From NCBI GenBank assembly GCA_040081185.1, contig JBEBHC010000002.1, positions 1,693 through 65,692 on the forward strand: a stretch of DNA of 64,000 bases. Reading direction: 5' to 3'. The stretch is from Devosia sp. GTDB taxonomy: Bacteria; Pseudomonadota; Alphaproteobacteria; Rhizobiales; Devosiaceae. Of the stretch, positions 17,779 through 27,376 are shown piece after piece. The notes beneath the pieces were generated by a model. It did no database searches and was not told the DNA's origin. It worked only from the letters and a program-made list of their open reading frames with translations. The first letter of the stretch is position 1. Every line of letters starts with the position of its first letter. The position numbers and the translations under genes were made by a program.

Positions 17779-19215
17779 ATGCTTAGACGACACCTGCTGA
17801 TGGCCACCGCCGCCATTGCACTGACGACCGCGATGGCCGGCACCGCCTTCGCCGATCCCATCGTGCTGCGCATCGTCGCGGGCGACCTGGTACCGGACGA
17901 TCCGGCATCCGAGAACTACATCAAGAACATCGAAGCCGGCGTCAAAGCCATGGACGGCACCGATGTCGATCTGCAGATCGTGCCGATTGCCGCCTCGTCC
18001 TATGCCGACAAGCTCAGCGCGCTGCTGCTCGGCGGCGATATCCCCGACATCATCTATTTCCAGGGCGGCGACCAGAAGATGGTCGAGCAGGGCATCCTCG
18101 CCGACCTCAACCCGCTCATCGCCAACACCAAGTACCTCAAGGGCGAGCTCTACGGTCACAACGTCGAGCGCATGAAGAACTACCCCTACCTCGTCTACAA
18201 CTTTCCGCCGCGCGCACCCCAGCCGGTGATCCGCACCGACTGGCTGGAAAAGCTCGGCGGCAAGAAGCCGGAGACGGTGGAAGAGTACACCGCCTTCTTC
18301 CAGGCGATCCACGACGCCGACCTCGACGGCGACGGCACACCGGGCAACACGCTTGGCCTCACCGCTTACGTGAACACCAACGAGCTCGACGACATCTTCA
18401 ACCAGGCCTTCGGCATCACCGGCTCCTGGATGAAGGACGCGAGCGGCCAGGTCGTGTCTTCGCGAGTCACTGACCAAGAGAAGGCAAAGATCACGTACTA
18501 CGCCGATCTCGCGGCGAAGGGCCTGTTCGACAAGGAATACGTCACCAACAAGTTCGACGTGAAAGAAGACAAGTTCTACACCGGCAAGGCCGGCGTGATC
18601 TTCGGCTCCTCTGCTGAAACCGTCGGCATCTATGGCGGCAAGATGGACGCGGCGCATCCGGGCGAGAATCTCTCCCTCACGCTGCTGCCCGTTCCGTCGG
18701 GCCCCGGCGGCCAGGGACTCCAGGCCGTCGACGTTTCCAAGGAGAGCCGCGGCTGGGCCATCTCGGCGGTGTCGCCTCCCGAGAAGCAGGACGCGGCCAT
18801 GAAGGTGATGGACTTCCTCGCCAGCCCCGAAGGCCAGATTGTCGATCGTATGGGCATCGAGGGCGTGCAGTACACCAAGGCGGCCGACGGCACGATCACC
18901 ATCAACCCGGACATGTCGACCTGGTATGCGCGCTTCTCCTACGCGCCGAACTGGACGCCGCCGACCGAGTGGCGCTCGCAGGCCTCGCTCGACTTCCTTG
19001 CCAGCGTCAACAAGTGGTTCAAACCCGACAACAGCTTCGTCTGGCCGGCCGAATATGCGCCCGACGTGGATGCGGCCGAGAACGTGTACCGCTCGTGGGT
19101 CGCCAAGTTCATCACCGGCGAAGCCGGCATGGACCAGTGGGACGCTTATGTGGCCGAATGGAACGCCGCCGGCGGCCAGCGCCTCACCGACTATGCGAGG
19201 ACTGTCGTTAAATGA
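17779..19215 (+). CDS. carbohydrate ABC transporter substrate-binding protein
   Basis: signal peptide ending TAFA, GDIPDI, IRTDWLEKLG..PETVEE, KFITGE..WDAYVAEWNAAGG; SD GGAGG. Confidence 0.88.
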   Translation: MLRRHLLMATAAIALTTAMAGTAFADPIVLRIVAGDLVPDDPASENYIKNIEAGVKAMDGTDVDLQIVPIAASSYADKLSALLLGGDIPDIIYFQGGDQKMVEQGILADLNPLIANTKYLKGELYGHNVERMKNYPYLVYNFPPRAPQPVIRTDWLEKLGGKKPETVEEYTAFFQAIHDADLDGDGTPGNTLGLTAYVNTNELDDIFNQAFGITGSWMKDASGQVVSSRVTDQEKAKITYYADLAAKGLFDKEYVTNKFDVKEDKFYTGKAGVIFGSSAETVGIYGGKMDAAHPGENLSLTLLPVPSGPGGQGLQAVDVSKESRGWAISAVSPPEKQDAAMKVMDFLASPEGQIVDRMGIEGVQYTKAADGTITINPDMSTWYARFSYAPNWTPPTEWRSQASLDFLASVNKWFKPDNSFVWPAEYAPDVDAAENVYRSWVAKFITGEAGMDQWDAYVAEWNAAGGQRLTDYARTVVK

Positions 19216-20417
19216 CGAGTGAAGACGAAGGACTGTCCCTCAAGGGACGGATCCGCGCGCTTCTGCATGGCGTCGCCCTTGGCGACGCCCTCGGTGCCCC
19301 GGTCGAGAAGCTCTCGGCCGGGGATATCCGCGAGCGCTATGGCCGCGTGACATCGCTTGCGACGCGCTGGCACAAGATGGACCTGCCCGAGGCGGCGCGG
19401 AATGGCCGCGTGCGCGGCAACGGCATCGTCACCGACGATACGCTGATGACGCTCTGCCTCACTGCCATCTACGATCAGGAACGGCGCCACCTCGACGCCT
19501 GGGACATGGCGAAGGGCATGGTGCAGCAGATCGGCTGGATCCCCCGCTATATCCCCGAACTGCAGCGCGAGACCATGCTGGTCGAGCGCCTGTTTTACCC
19601 CGAAAAATGGATTTTCCAGCGCCACCAGCTCTCGGCCGTCGACCCCCGGCAGGGCGGCATCGGCAACATGGTGAACTGCGGCGCCGCGATGTACATCGCG
19701 CCCATCGGCGCAGCCAATGCCTGCGATCCGCGGGCTGCCTATGAAGAAGCCATCGCCTTTGCCTCCGGCCACCAGCAGAGCTACGGCCTCGAGGCTGCCG
19801 GTGTCATGGCCGCTGCCGTCGCTGCCGCGTTCGTGCCCGAGGCCTCGATCGACGATGTCGTCGACGCCGCCATCAGCGTCGCCAAGGATGGCACGTGTCA
19901 CGCCATCCACGATATTGCCGAAGCCGCGCAGCTCCTGAAGCAACAGGGCGCCGGCCACGCCGAAGTAACCGCCGAGTTCCATCGTGTCATCGCGCAGTAC
20001 TCGGTCATCGGCGACGACGTGAACCATTCCTCTGCCAAAGCGGGACAGGCGACAGGCGCCTATCAGCCATCGCGGCTGCATGCCATCGAGGAACTGCCGC
20101 TGGCCCTCGGCTTCGCCATCGTCAACGGTGCAGACTTCCGCACGTCGATCGAGGACGGCATCAATTCCGGCCGCGACACGGATTCCATCGGCGTGATGGC
20201 CGGCGCCATTCTCGGCGCGCTGCACGGCGAAGCCGTCATCGCCGAAGCCGACCGCCGGCAGCTCGATGAGGTGAACCATTTCGACCTCACCGCCGAAGCG
20301 GACCGCTTCACCGCCGCCGTGCTCGACATCATGGCCGCCGACCGGCAGCGCGCCAGCGACGTGGGACGCGATCGCGCTTCCCTCACCACCAAGCCAGCGG
20401 CCAGCAAGGTCGCCTGA
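19212..20417 (+). CDS. ADP-ribosylglycohydrolase (DraG/ARH) family protein
   Basis: GVALGDALGAPVE, VTDDT, NCGAAM, GRDTDSIG metal-binding motifs. Confidence 0.9.
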   Translation: MTSEDEGLSLKGRIRALLHGVALGDALGAPVEKLSAGDIRERYGRVTSLATRWHKMDLPEAARNGRVRGNGIVTDDTLMTLCLTAIYDQERRHLDAWDMAKGMVQQIGWIPRYIPELQRETMLVERLFYPEKWIFQRHQLSAVDPRQGGIGNMVNCGAAMYIAPIGAANACDPRAAYEEAIAFASGHQQSYGLEAAGVMAAAVAAAFVPEASIDDVVDAAISVAKDGTCHAIHDIAEAAQLLKQQGAGHAEVTAEFHRVIAQYSVIGDDVNHSSAKAGQATGAYQPSRLHAIEELPLALGFAIVNGADFRTSIEDGINSGRDTDSIGVMAGAILGALHGEAVIAEADRRQLDEVNHFDLTAEADRFTAAVLDIMAADRQRASDVGRDRASLTTKPAASKVA

Positions 20418-20439
20418 ACTCAAGCGTCAAGGAACTCAC

Positions 20440-22539
20440 GTGAATACCCAAGAGACTTACGAGCGCATCTATGCCGGCTTCATCGCCAAGGCGATCGGCG
20501 TGCGGCTGGGCGCGCCCGTGGAGCCCACCATCTGGACGCTCGAGCGCATCGAAAAGACCTAGGGCGAGGTGACGCAATACCTACACGATTTCAAGAACTT
20601 CGCCGCCGACGACGACACGAACGGCCCGGTCTATTTCATCCGTGTGCTGCGCGACTACGGCCTCGATTTCACCGCCGAGCAGGAAGGAAAGACCTGGCTC
20701 AACTACGCGGCCGAGGAACACGGCATGTACTGGTGGGGTGGTTTCAACCGCTCAACCGAACACACCGCCTACCTCAATCTCAAGAACGGCATTCCGGCGC
20801 CGCTATCGGGTGCCATCGCGACCAACGGCGCGGCAGTGGCCGAACAGATCGGCGGCCAGATCTTCATCGACAGCTGGGGCTGGCTCAACCCCGGCAACCC
20901 GCAGCGCGCGGCGGATATGAGCGCTCGCGCCGCCTCCGTCGCGCATGACGGCAACGGGCTGCACGGCGCCCGCTGGGTCGCGGCAGCAATCGCACAGGCT
21001 TTCGTCGCGAAATCCATCGACGAGATCGTCGCCGCTGCCATGGCGACCATCCCCGGTGACAGCGAGTATGCCCGTGTCGCCAAGGCGGTGATTGCTCACC
21101 ACAAAGCGCACCCCGACGATTGGCGCGGCTGCCAGCGCATGCTGATCGCCGATTTCGGCTACGACCGCTATCCCGGCGTTTGCCACATCATTCCCAATGC
21201 CGGCGTGCTGATCATGGCCGTGCTATACGGCAACGGCGACCTGCCGGGCACCGCCGAGATAGCGACGATGGCCGGCTGGGATACCGACTGCAATGCCGGC
21301 AACGCGGCGGCGATCATCGGCACCTTCCAGGGCCTGCAGCCCGGCTGGGACAAGTACCGCAAGCCCATCAACGATTTCCTCGTCGTCTCCGGCGTGCTGG
21401 GCACGGTCAACATCCTCGATATCCCGACCTTCGCGCGTGAACTGACCGTGACCGGCCAGCGCCTCAATGGCGAGACACCCGATGCGCTGTGGTCCGCCGA
21501 TTTCGAGCGCCGCGGCCTGCGCTTCGATTTCGATGCGCCTGGCTCAACCCACGGCTTCCGCACCGACGGGCTCAACCGTATCCTCCTGCGCCACAGCGAC
21601 GAGGTGCACACGGAGAACTCGCGCGGCTCGCTCGAAATCCAGCTCGACCGGCTCGAGCGCGGCCAGGGTGGACGCGTGTTCTACAAGCCGTGGTACCGCC
21701 AGTCCGAGTTCGACGACGAGCGCTACCGCCCGATGCTCACCCCGGTGGCCGACAACGGCCAGGTCGTGCGCTTCAAGCTCAAGCTCGATCCTTGGAACGG
21801 CGACGGCAATCTGCGCGTCGTCCCCTATTTGCGCCGCGGCATGAGCGGAGCTATCGAGGAAGTCGGCTCCTGGCAAATCCCGGCCAGCGCAGACTGGCAG
21901 CAATATGAATTCGCCATCCCCGATACCAGCGCCGAAGCCGTGGACGAGATCGGCGTGCTGGTAGAATATTTCGGGCGCGTGAAGTTCCTCGGCCGGCTCT
22001 ACCTCGCCGATTTCGAAGTCGGTGGACCGGGCAAGGTGACCATCGACGCCAGGCTCGAGAAGATGGAATGGGGCGGCGTCACGCGTTTCACCTGGAACCG
22101 TGGCAGCTGGACCCTGCTCGACGGCCAGATCCACGCCCATACCGCCGCCGACGCCGACGCCTGGACCGGCAACGCCTACCTGCGGGACCAGAAGGTCACC
22201 GCGACGCTCACGCCGCTCGCCGGCAAATCGCATCTCGTCTCTGCCCGCGTGCAGGGCACGTCCCGCTTCTACGCCGGTGGCTTCGAAGGCGATGATGTGG
22301 TGATCGTGAAGCAAGATCACGGCACGACCGTGCTGGCGCGTGCGCCGTTCAAGCGCGAGCTGGGCAAGACCTATGTCGTGGCACTCAGCGCCATCGGCGA
22401 CAAGCTGACGCTAACCGTCAACGGCAGGGACCTGCTCACCGCCACGGACAATGCCTATCGCTACGGCATGGGCGGACTGCGGCTCGCCACCGCGGGCCGC
22501 ATGACGGTGAGCCGCCTGGAGATCGAGGACTTTGCCTGA
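20440..22539 (+). pseudogene. ADP-ribosylglycohydrolase family protein with C-terminal beta-rich domains, interrupted by in-frame TAG at 20560-20562
   Basis: GTG at 20440 after AAGGAA; reads ..AKAIGVRLGAPVEPTIWTLERIEKT*GEVTQYL..AADDDTN..QIGGQIFIDSWG..GWDTDCNAG in one frame. Confidence 0.8.
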
Positions 22540-23707
22540 GGCTGTGCATTTCGACGAGACGGCGAAGGGTCCACTGCGCGGTGTGCGCGTAGTGGACTTG
22601 AGCCGCCTCGTTGCCGGGAACATGCTGAGCCTGCAGCTCGGCGATTTCGGCGCCGATGTCATCAAGGTCGAGCCGCCCGAAGGCGATCCGCTGCGGCAGT
22701 GGAAGGATGAAGGACACGCGCTGTTCTGGAAAGTCTATGGCCGCAACAAGCGCTCCCTCACGCTGAACCTGCGCGAAGCAGACGGCATGGCGGCGCTGAA
22801 GGCGCTGCTCAAGACGGCCGACGTTTTCATCGAGAACTTTCGACCCGGCACGCTTGAACAGATGGGGTTGGCGCCCGACACGCTGCTCGCCGAAAATCCG
22901 GACCTGATCGTCGTTCGCATTTCCGGCTTCGGCCAGACCGGACCCTACGCCCACCTGCCCGGCTTCGGCTCGATCGTCGAAGGCATGAGCGGCTTCGCGC
23001 ATCGCAACGGCTTCGCCGATCGCGAACCCGTACTGCCACCACTTGCGCTGGCCGACATGATCGCCGGCATCTACGGCGCTTCGTCGGTAGTAACGGCGTT
23101 GTTCGCCCGCGAGAAGGGACTGTCGCGCGGGCAGGTGATCGACCTGAGCCTGCTCGAACCCACCGTTTCGGTGCTCGGCCCCGAAGCCGCACTCTACAAA
23201 GTCACCGGCAAGACCAAAATGCGCTCCGGCAGCGCATCGAACACGTCGAGCCCGCGCAATGTCTATCGCGCCCGCGACGGCATGTATCTCGCCGTGTCAG
23301 GATCGACGCCGCAGATCGCCAAGCGCATCCTCGAAGTCATCGGCCGCGCCGACATGCTCGATGACCCGCGCTTCGCCACCAACGAGGCTCGCGTGAAGCA
23401 TCGCGCGTTGGTCGACGAGGCCGTCGGCGGCTGGTTTGCGCAGCACGATCACGACGAGGCCCTGCGCATCATGCGCGAGGCCGGCGCCACGGTGGGCCCG
23501 ATCTTCTCCCCCGCCGACGCCGCAGCCGATCCGCATTTCGCAGCGCGCGGCGTGACGGTGGAGGCCGACGATTCCGACTATGGCGCACTGCCGATGCACA
23601 ATATCGTGCCGCGCATGTCCGCCACCCCCGGCGTATGGCAGCGCCCTGCCCCGCGCATCGGTGAACACAACGAGGAAATCCTGCGCGAACTGGGTCTCGC
23701 CAAATGA
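22532..23707 (+). CDS. CaiB/BaiF family III CoA-transferase
   Basis: PLRGVRVVDLS, GADVIKVEPP.GDPLR, RNKRSLTLNL, ENFRPG, ISGFGQTGPY, LADMIAG. Confidence 0.92.
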   Translation: MPEAVHFDETAKGPLRGVRVVDLSRLVAGNMLSLQLGDFGADVIKVEPPEGDPLRQWKDEGHALFWKVYGRNKRSLTLNLREADGMAALKALLKTADVFIENFRPGTLEQMGLAPDTLLAENPDLIVVRISGFGQTGPYAHLPGFGSIVEGMSGFAHRNGFADREPVLPPLALADMIAGIYGASSVVTALFAREKGLSRGQVIDLSLLEPTVSVLGPEAALYKVTGKTKMRSGSASNTSSPRNVYRARDGMYLAVSGSTPQIAKRILEVIGRADMLDDPRFATNEARVKHRALVDEAVGGWFAQHDHDEALRIMREAGATVGPIFSPADAAADPHFAARGVTVEADDSDYGALPMHNIVPRMSATPGVWQRPAPRIGEHNEEILRELGLAK

Positions 23708-24489
23708 AACTGCGCTCGCTGCTCTATGTGCCCGCGCATTCCGAACGTTTTGTCGCCAAGGCGCATGAACGCGGCGCCGACGGCATCATCCTCGACCTCG
23801 AAGACTCGGTGCCCGATGCTGACAAGGATAAGGCACGCGATGGCCTGCCCCAGTCGCGCGCTTTCGTTGGCCGCAACGGAGCGGCCGTCTTCGTGCGCAT
23901 CAATTCGGGCGCGCGGCAGGACGCCGATGCAGGGGCCGCCAAGTCTGCTCATGCCACCGGCCTCGTCGTCGCCAAAGCCGATCTCGGCGCGCTCGATGCG
24001 CTCGGCAGTCTCGGCCTACCGCTGATCGCCATGCTCGAGAGCCCCGCAGCCATCCTCGATGCCCGAGATTTCGCACGGCATAAAGCAGTGACCGGCCTCA
24101 TTGTTGGCAGCGAGGATCTCGCTACCGAACTCGGCGCCACGCCGACGCCGGAGGTTTTGCGTACGCCAAAGCTGCTCGTTCACTATGCAGCCAAGGCTGA
24201 AGGCAAGCTGAGCCTCGGCCTGCTACGCTCGGTCGCCGACTACAACGATCTCTCCGCGATAGAGGCTGCCGCACAAGAAGCACGCCAGCATGGCTTCGAC
24301 GGAGCGACCTGTGTGCACCCGTCGGTGATTCCGGTCCTAAACACAGCCTTCGCGCCGAGTGCCGATGAGACCGCATGGGCCCAACGCGTCATCGACGCCG
24401 CTAAGTCCGGCGCTGGCGCCTTCACTGTCGATGGCCGCATGGTCGATGCTCCGGTGATCGCCCGCGCCCGGCGCATCCTCGAAGGCTGA
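23704..24489 (+). CDS. CitE-like HpcH/HpaI aldolase / acyl-CoA lyase
   Basis: RSLLYVP, ILDLEDSV, VRIN, GSEDL, GFDGATCVHP, DGRMVDAP. Confidence 0.88.
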   Translation: MKLRSLLYVPAHSERFVAKAHERGADGIILDLEDSVPDADKDKARDGLPQSRAFVGRNGAAVFVRINSGARQDADAGAAKSAHATGLVVAKADLGALDALGSLGLPLIAMLESPAAILDARDFARHKAVTGLIVGSEDLATELGATPTPEVLRTPKLLVHYAAKAEGKLSLGLLRSVADYNDLSAIEAAAQEARQHGFDGATCVHPSVIPVLNTAFAPSADETAWAQRVIDAAKSGAGAFTVDGRMVDAPVIARARRILEG

Positions 24490-24579
24490 TGCTGGAGGGG
24501 TCTGTTCGCGCAGACAGCGAAGCCACGTTTTCACCGCAGACTCACTGAACGCTTCGCGTCCCACGAGGAGGGCGTAGTG

Positions 24580-24825
24580 ATGTCAGAGTTCGGTGAAGCC
24601 GTGCAGCATGAGCGGATGCGTTTGTCGGCGCTCATTTCAGAGGCCAGAGAAAAGATCGCGGAGCTGCTCGACCAGGTCGCGGCGGACGAGCAGCGGATCG
24701 AGGCGCTGGACGCCTACGACCGGGTGAAAACCGGCAAGGTTTCGGCCGGCAAGGGCGCCAAGAAGGGCGCAAGGCGGCCCAAAGCTGCGCCGGCAGAGGA
24801 GCCGGAAGAGCCGCCGAACGAGTGA
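24580..24825 (+). CDS. small hypothetical coiled-coil protein with basic then acidic tail
   Basis: SD GAGGAGG upstream; heptad pattern, ALDAYDRVKTGK, K-rich tail; start GTG 24577 or ATG 24580. Confidence 0.65.
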   Translation: MSEFGEAVQHERMRLSALISEAREKIAELLDQVAADEQRIEALDAYDRVKTGKVSAGKGAKKGARRPKAAPAEEPEEPPNE

Positions 24826-24872
24826 CCTAACCTAACCTGCTGGCAGGAATTTGGTGCTAAACGTGCCTGCCA

Positions 24873-27359
24873 ATGGCGAAGGCACCTCTTTCCACCTACC
24901 GGCAGAAACGCGATTTCTCCCGTACGAGTGAACCCGCCGGCGGCGACACCGCCGACGGGAGCAATCGCTTTGTCATCCACAAGCACTCGGCGACGGCAGA
25001 CCACTATGACCTGCGCCTCGAACTCGACGGGGTGCTGAAGAGCTGGGCTGTCCCCAAGGGCCCTTCGCTCAACCCCGCCGACAAGCGCTATGCCGCAGAG
25101 ACCGAAGATCACCCGATCGAATATCTCGACTTCGAGGGCGTGATCCCCGAAGGCGAGTATGGCGGTGGACCGATGATCGTGTGGGACACCGGCACCTTTG
25201 CGCCGATGAATGACCCGCAGGAAGGACTGGCCAAGGGCGACTTCAAGTTCCGGCTGTGGGGCGAAAAGCTGAAGGGCGGCTGGGTGCTCATCCGCATGAA
25301 GGCGAAAGCCGGTGACAGCAAGAACAACTGGCTGTTCGTCAAGGAGAAGGACACCGGCGTCGACACCAAGACCGACATTCTGGCGACGCGACCCGAAAGC
25401 GTGAAATCGGGCCTCACCATCGAGAAGTTGCTCGCCCAGGACAGCGGCCGGAAGAAGTCCAAGGCCTCTGCCAGGGCCAGGCCCGTATCGCTCGATCCAT
25501 CCAAACTCGCCGGTGCGCGCAAGGCCGACATGCCGCGCAGCATGAAGCCCCAGCTCGCCTCGCAGACCGACACGCCGCCCAAGGACGACGGCAAGTGGCT
25601 GCACGAGATCAAGTTCGACGGCTATCGCACGATTGCGATGGTGGAAGGCGGCAAGGTGCGCCTCCTCACCCGCACCGGCCTCGACTGGACGAAGAAATAC
25701 GGCGTGCTGGCCGATGCCTTCGCCGCGCTCCCGTGCAAGCAGGCGATCATCGATGGCGAGGTCGTCGTCGTCGATGAAACCGGCGTCAGCCACTTCGCCG
25801 ATCTGCAGCAGGCGCTCAGCGACGGCACCAGCGAACAGCTGACCCTCTTCGCCTTCGACCTCATGTATCTCGACGGCTACGACCTGACCAAAGTCGCCCT
25901 CGGCGAACGCAAGGCGCTGCTCGGAGCCTTGCTGGCGCCGCTCGCCTCAAGCAGTTCGGCGATCCATTTCAGCGACGGCTTTGCCGGGGACGGCAACGCG
26001 CTCTACGAACGCGCCTGCGAGATGGGCCTCGAAGGGATCGTTTCGAAGCGCGTGGACGCGCCCTACATCGAGACGCGCAGCAAGACCTGGATCAAGGTCA
26101 AGTCGCTGCAGGTCGGCGATTTCCCGATCGTTGGGTACACGCTGTCACCCGCGCAAGGGGGCATCGGTGCCATTGCCATCGGCGAGTGGGTGAACGGCGA
26201 ACTCGAATATCGCGGCAAGGTCGGCACCGGATTCTCGGGTAGCGAGCTGACGACGATCCTGCGCAAGCTGCAGCCGCTCGCCGATGGCGCCGAGCGCCTG
26301 CCCGGCATGCTGAAGGATGTCATCGCCGTCCGCCCCGTCATCGCTGCGCGTGTGCACTACGCCAACCTCACCGCCGACAATGCGGTTCGTCACGGCGTGT
26401 TCAAAGGCTTGCGTGAGCCGGAGCTGAAGGCGAGCGCCGCACCTGCCAAGCGCAAGCGGCTCATTTCCGACGCCGACCTCGCCAACATCTGGGTGACCAA
26501 CCCGACGCGCCGTCTGTTCGGCAAGGCTGGACCCACCAAGCTCGATGTCGCGATCTACTACGCCGCGGTGGGCGACTTCATGCTGCCGCATATCTTTGGC
26601 CGCCCGGTTTCGCTGGTACGCAGCCCGAGCGGGCGGCTCGACGACATCTTCTTCCAGCGCCACCCGTTCACCGGCATGCCGGCGACAATCGGCTCGTTCG
26701 AGACCACGACATCGGACGAAACCGAAGCACGCAAATACATCTCGGTTGAGGATGCCAAGGGCTACCTCGCTCTCGCCCAGTTCGGCGTGATCGAGTTCCA
26801 CGCCTGGGGCTGCCACTGGGCCACGGCGCTCGAAAAGCCGGATCGGGTTATCTTCGACCTCGACCCGGGCGAGGGCATCAAGTTCAAGCAGATCGTCGAC
26901 GCCGCCTTCTATGTGAAGGACTTCCTCGAGGCCCGCGGGCTGAGCCCCTTCGCCAAAACTTCTGGCGGCAAGGGCCTGCACGTCGTCGTGCCGCTGAAAC
27001 CCAGGCTCGACTGGAAAAAGGCCCACGCCGCGACCGGCGAGATCGCAACCGCCATCGCCAAGGCGGCGCCGGAGACCTTTGTTGTCAACATGTCCAAGGA
27101 CAAGCGCACCCGGCGCATCTTCATCGATTTCCACCGCAACGCCCGCAGCGCCACGGCCGTTGCCCCTTACAGCCTGAGGGCGCGGGCCAACCTGCCGGCG
27201 TCAACACCTGTTAACTGGAGCGATTTGAGGTCCATCGACGCTCCGGAGGATTTGAATTATTCTACTTTGCCGGGAATTTTGAACGTTTCCGGCGATCCAT
27301 GGGCGGCAATGGATCAGGCTGCGGGCGATCTCGCGGCTGCGCTGAAACCGTCGAAGTAG
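24873..27359 (+). CDS. ligD: NHEJ DNA ligase D (PE-LIG-POL), copy 1
   Basis: HYDLRLE..LKSWAVPKGP (PE), HEIKFDGYR and EGIVSK (LIG), IFDLDP, KTSGGKGLH, VAPYS (POL). Confidence 0.95.
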   Translation: MAKAPLSTYRQKRDFSRTSEPAGGDTADGSNRFVIHKHSATADHYDLRLELDGVLKSWAVPKGPSLNPADKRYAAETEDHPIEYLDFEGVIPEGEYGGGPMIVWDTGTFAPMNDPQEGLAKGDFKFRLWGEKLKGGWVLIRMKAKAGDSKNNWLFVKEKDTGVDTKTDILATRPESVKSGLTIEKLLAQDSGRKKSKASARARPVSLDPSKLAGARKADMPRSMKPQLASQTDTPPKDDGKWLHEIKFDGYRTIAMVEGGKVRLLTRTGLDWTKKYGVLADAFAALPCKQAIIDGEVVVVDETGVSHFADLQQALSDGTSEQLTLFAFDLMYLDGYDLTKVALGERKALLGALLAPLASSSSAIHFSDGFAGDGNALYERACEMGLEGIVSKRVDAPYIETRSKTWIKVKSLQVGDFPIVGYTLSPAQGGIGAIAIGEWVNGELEYRGKVGTGFSGSELTTILRKLQPLADGAERLPGMLKDVIAVRPVIAARVHYANLTADNAVRHGVFKGLREPELKASAAPAKRKRLISDADLANIWVTNPTRRLFGKAGPTKLDVAIYYAAVGDFMLPHIFGRPVSLVRSPSGRLDDIFFQRHPFTGMPATIGSFETTTSDETEARKYISVEDAKGYLALAQFGVIEFHAWGCHWATALEKPDRVIFDLDPGEGIKFKQIVDAAFYVKDFLEARGLSPFAKTSGGKGLHVVVPLKPRLDWKKAHAATGEIATAIAKAAPETFVVNMSKDKRTRRIFIDFHRNARSATAVAPYSLRARANLPASTPVNWSDLRSIDAPEDLNYSTLPGILNVSGDPWAAMDQAAGDLAAALKPSK

Positions 27360-27376
27360 CTGAGTAGGAGCGACAA

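Noticed and set aside
16792-18657. Long antisense and alternate-frame ORFs (e.g. 621 aa here, 43601-45229, 34696-36192, 61016-62407)
   Set aside because: Shadow ORFs of high-GC genes that overlap well-supported CDS and lack recognisable motifs
20560-20562. Pyrrolysine or programmed recoding at the TAG
   Set aside because: No pyl genes in the window, TAG is used as a normal stop by many other genes here, and the codon is one base from Tyr
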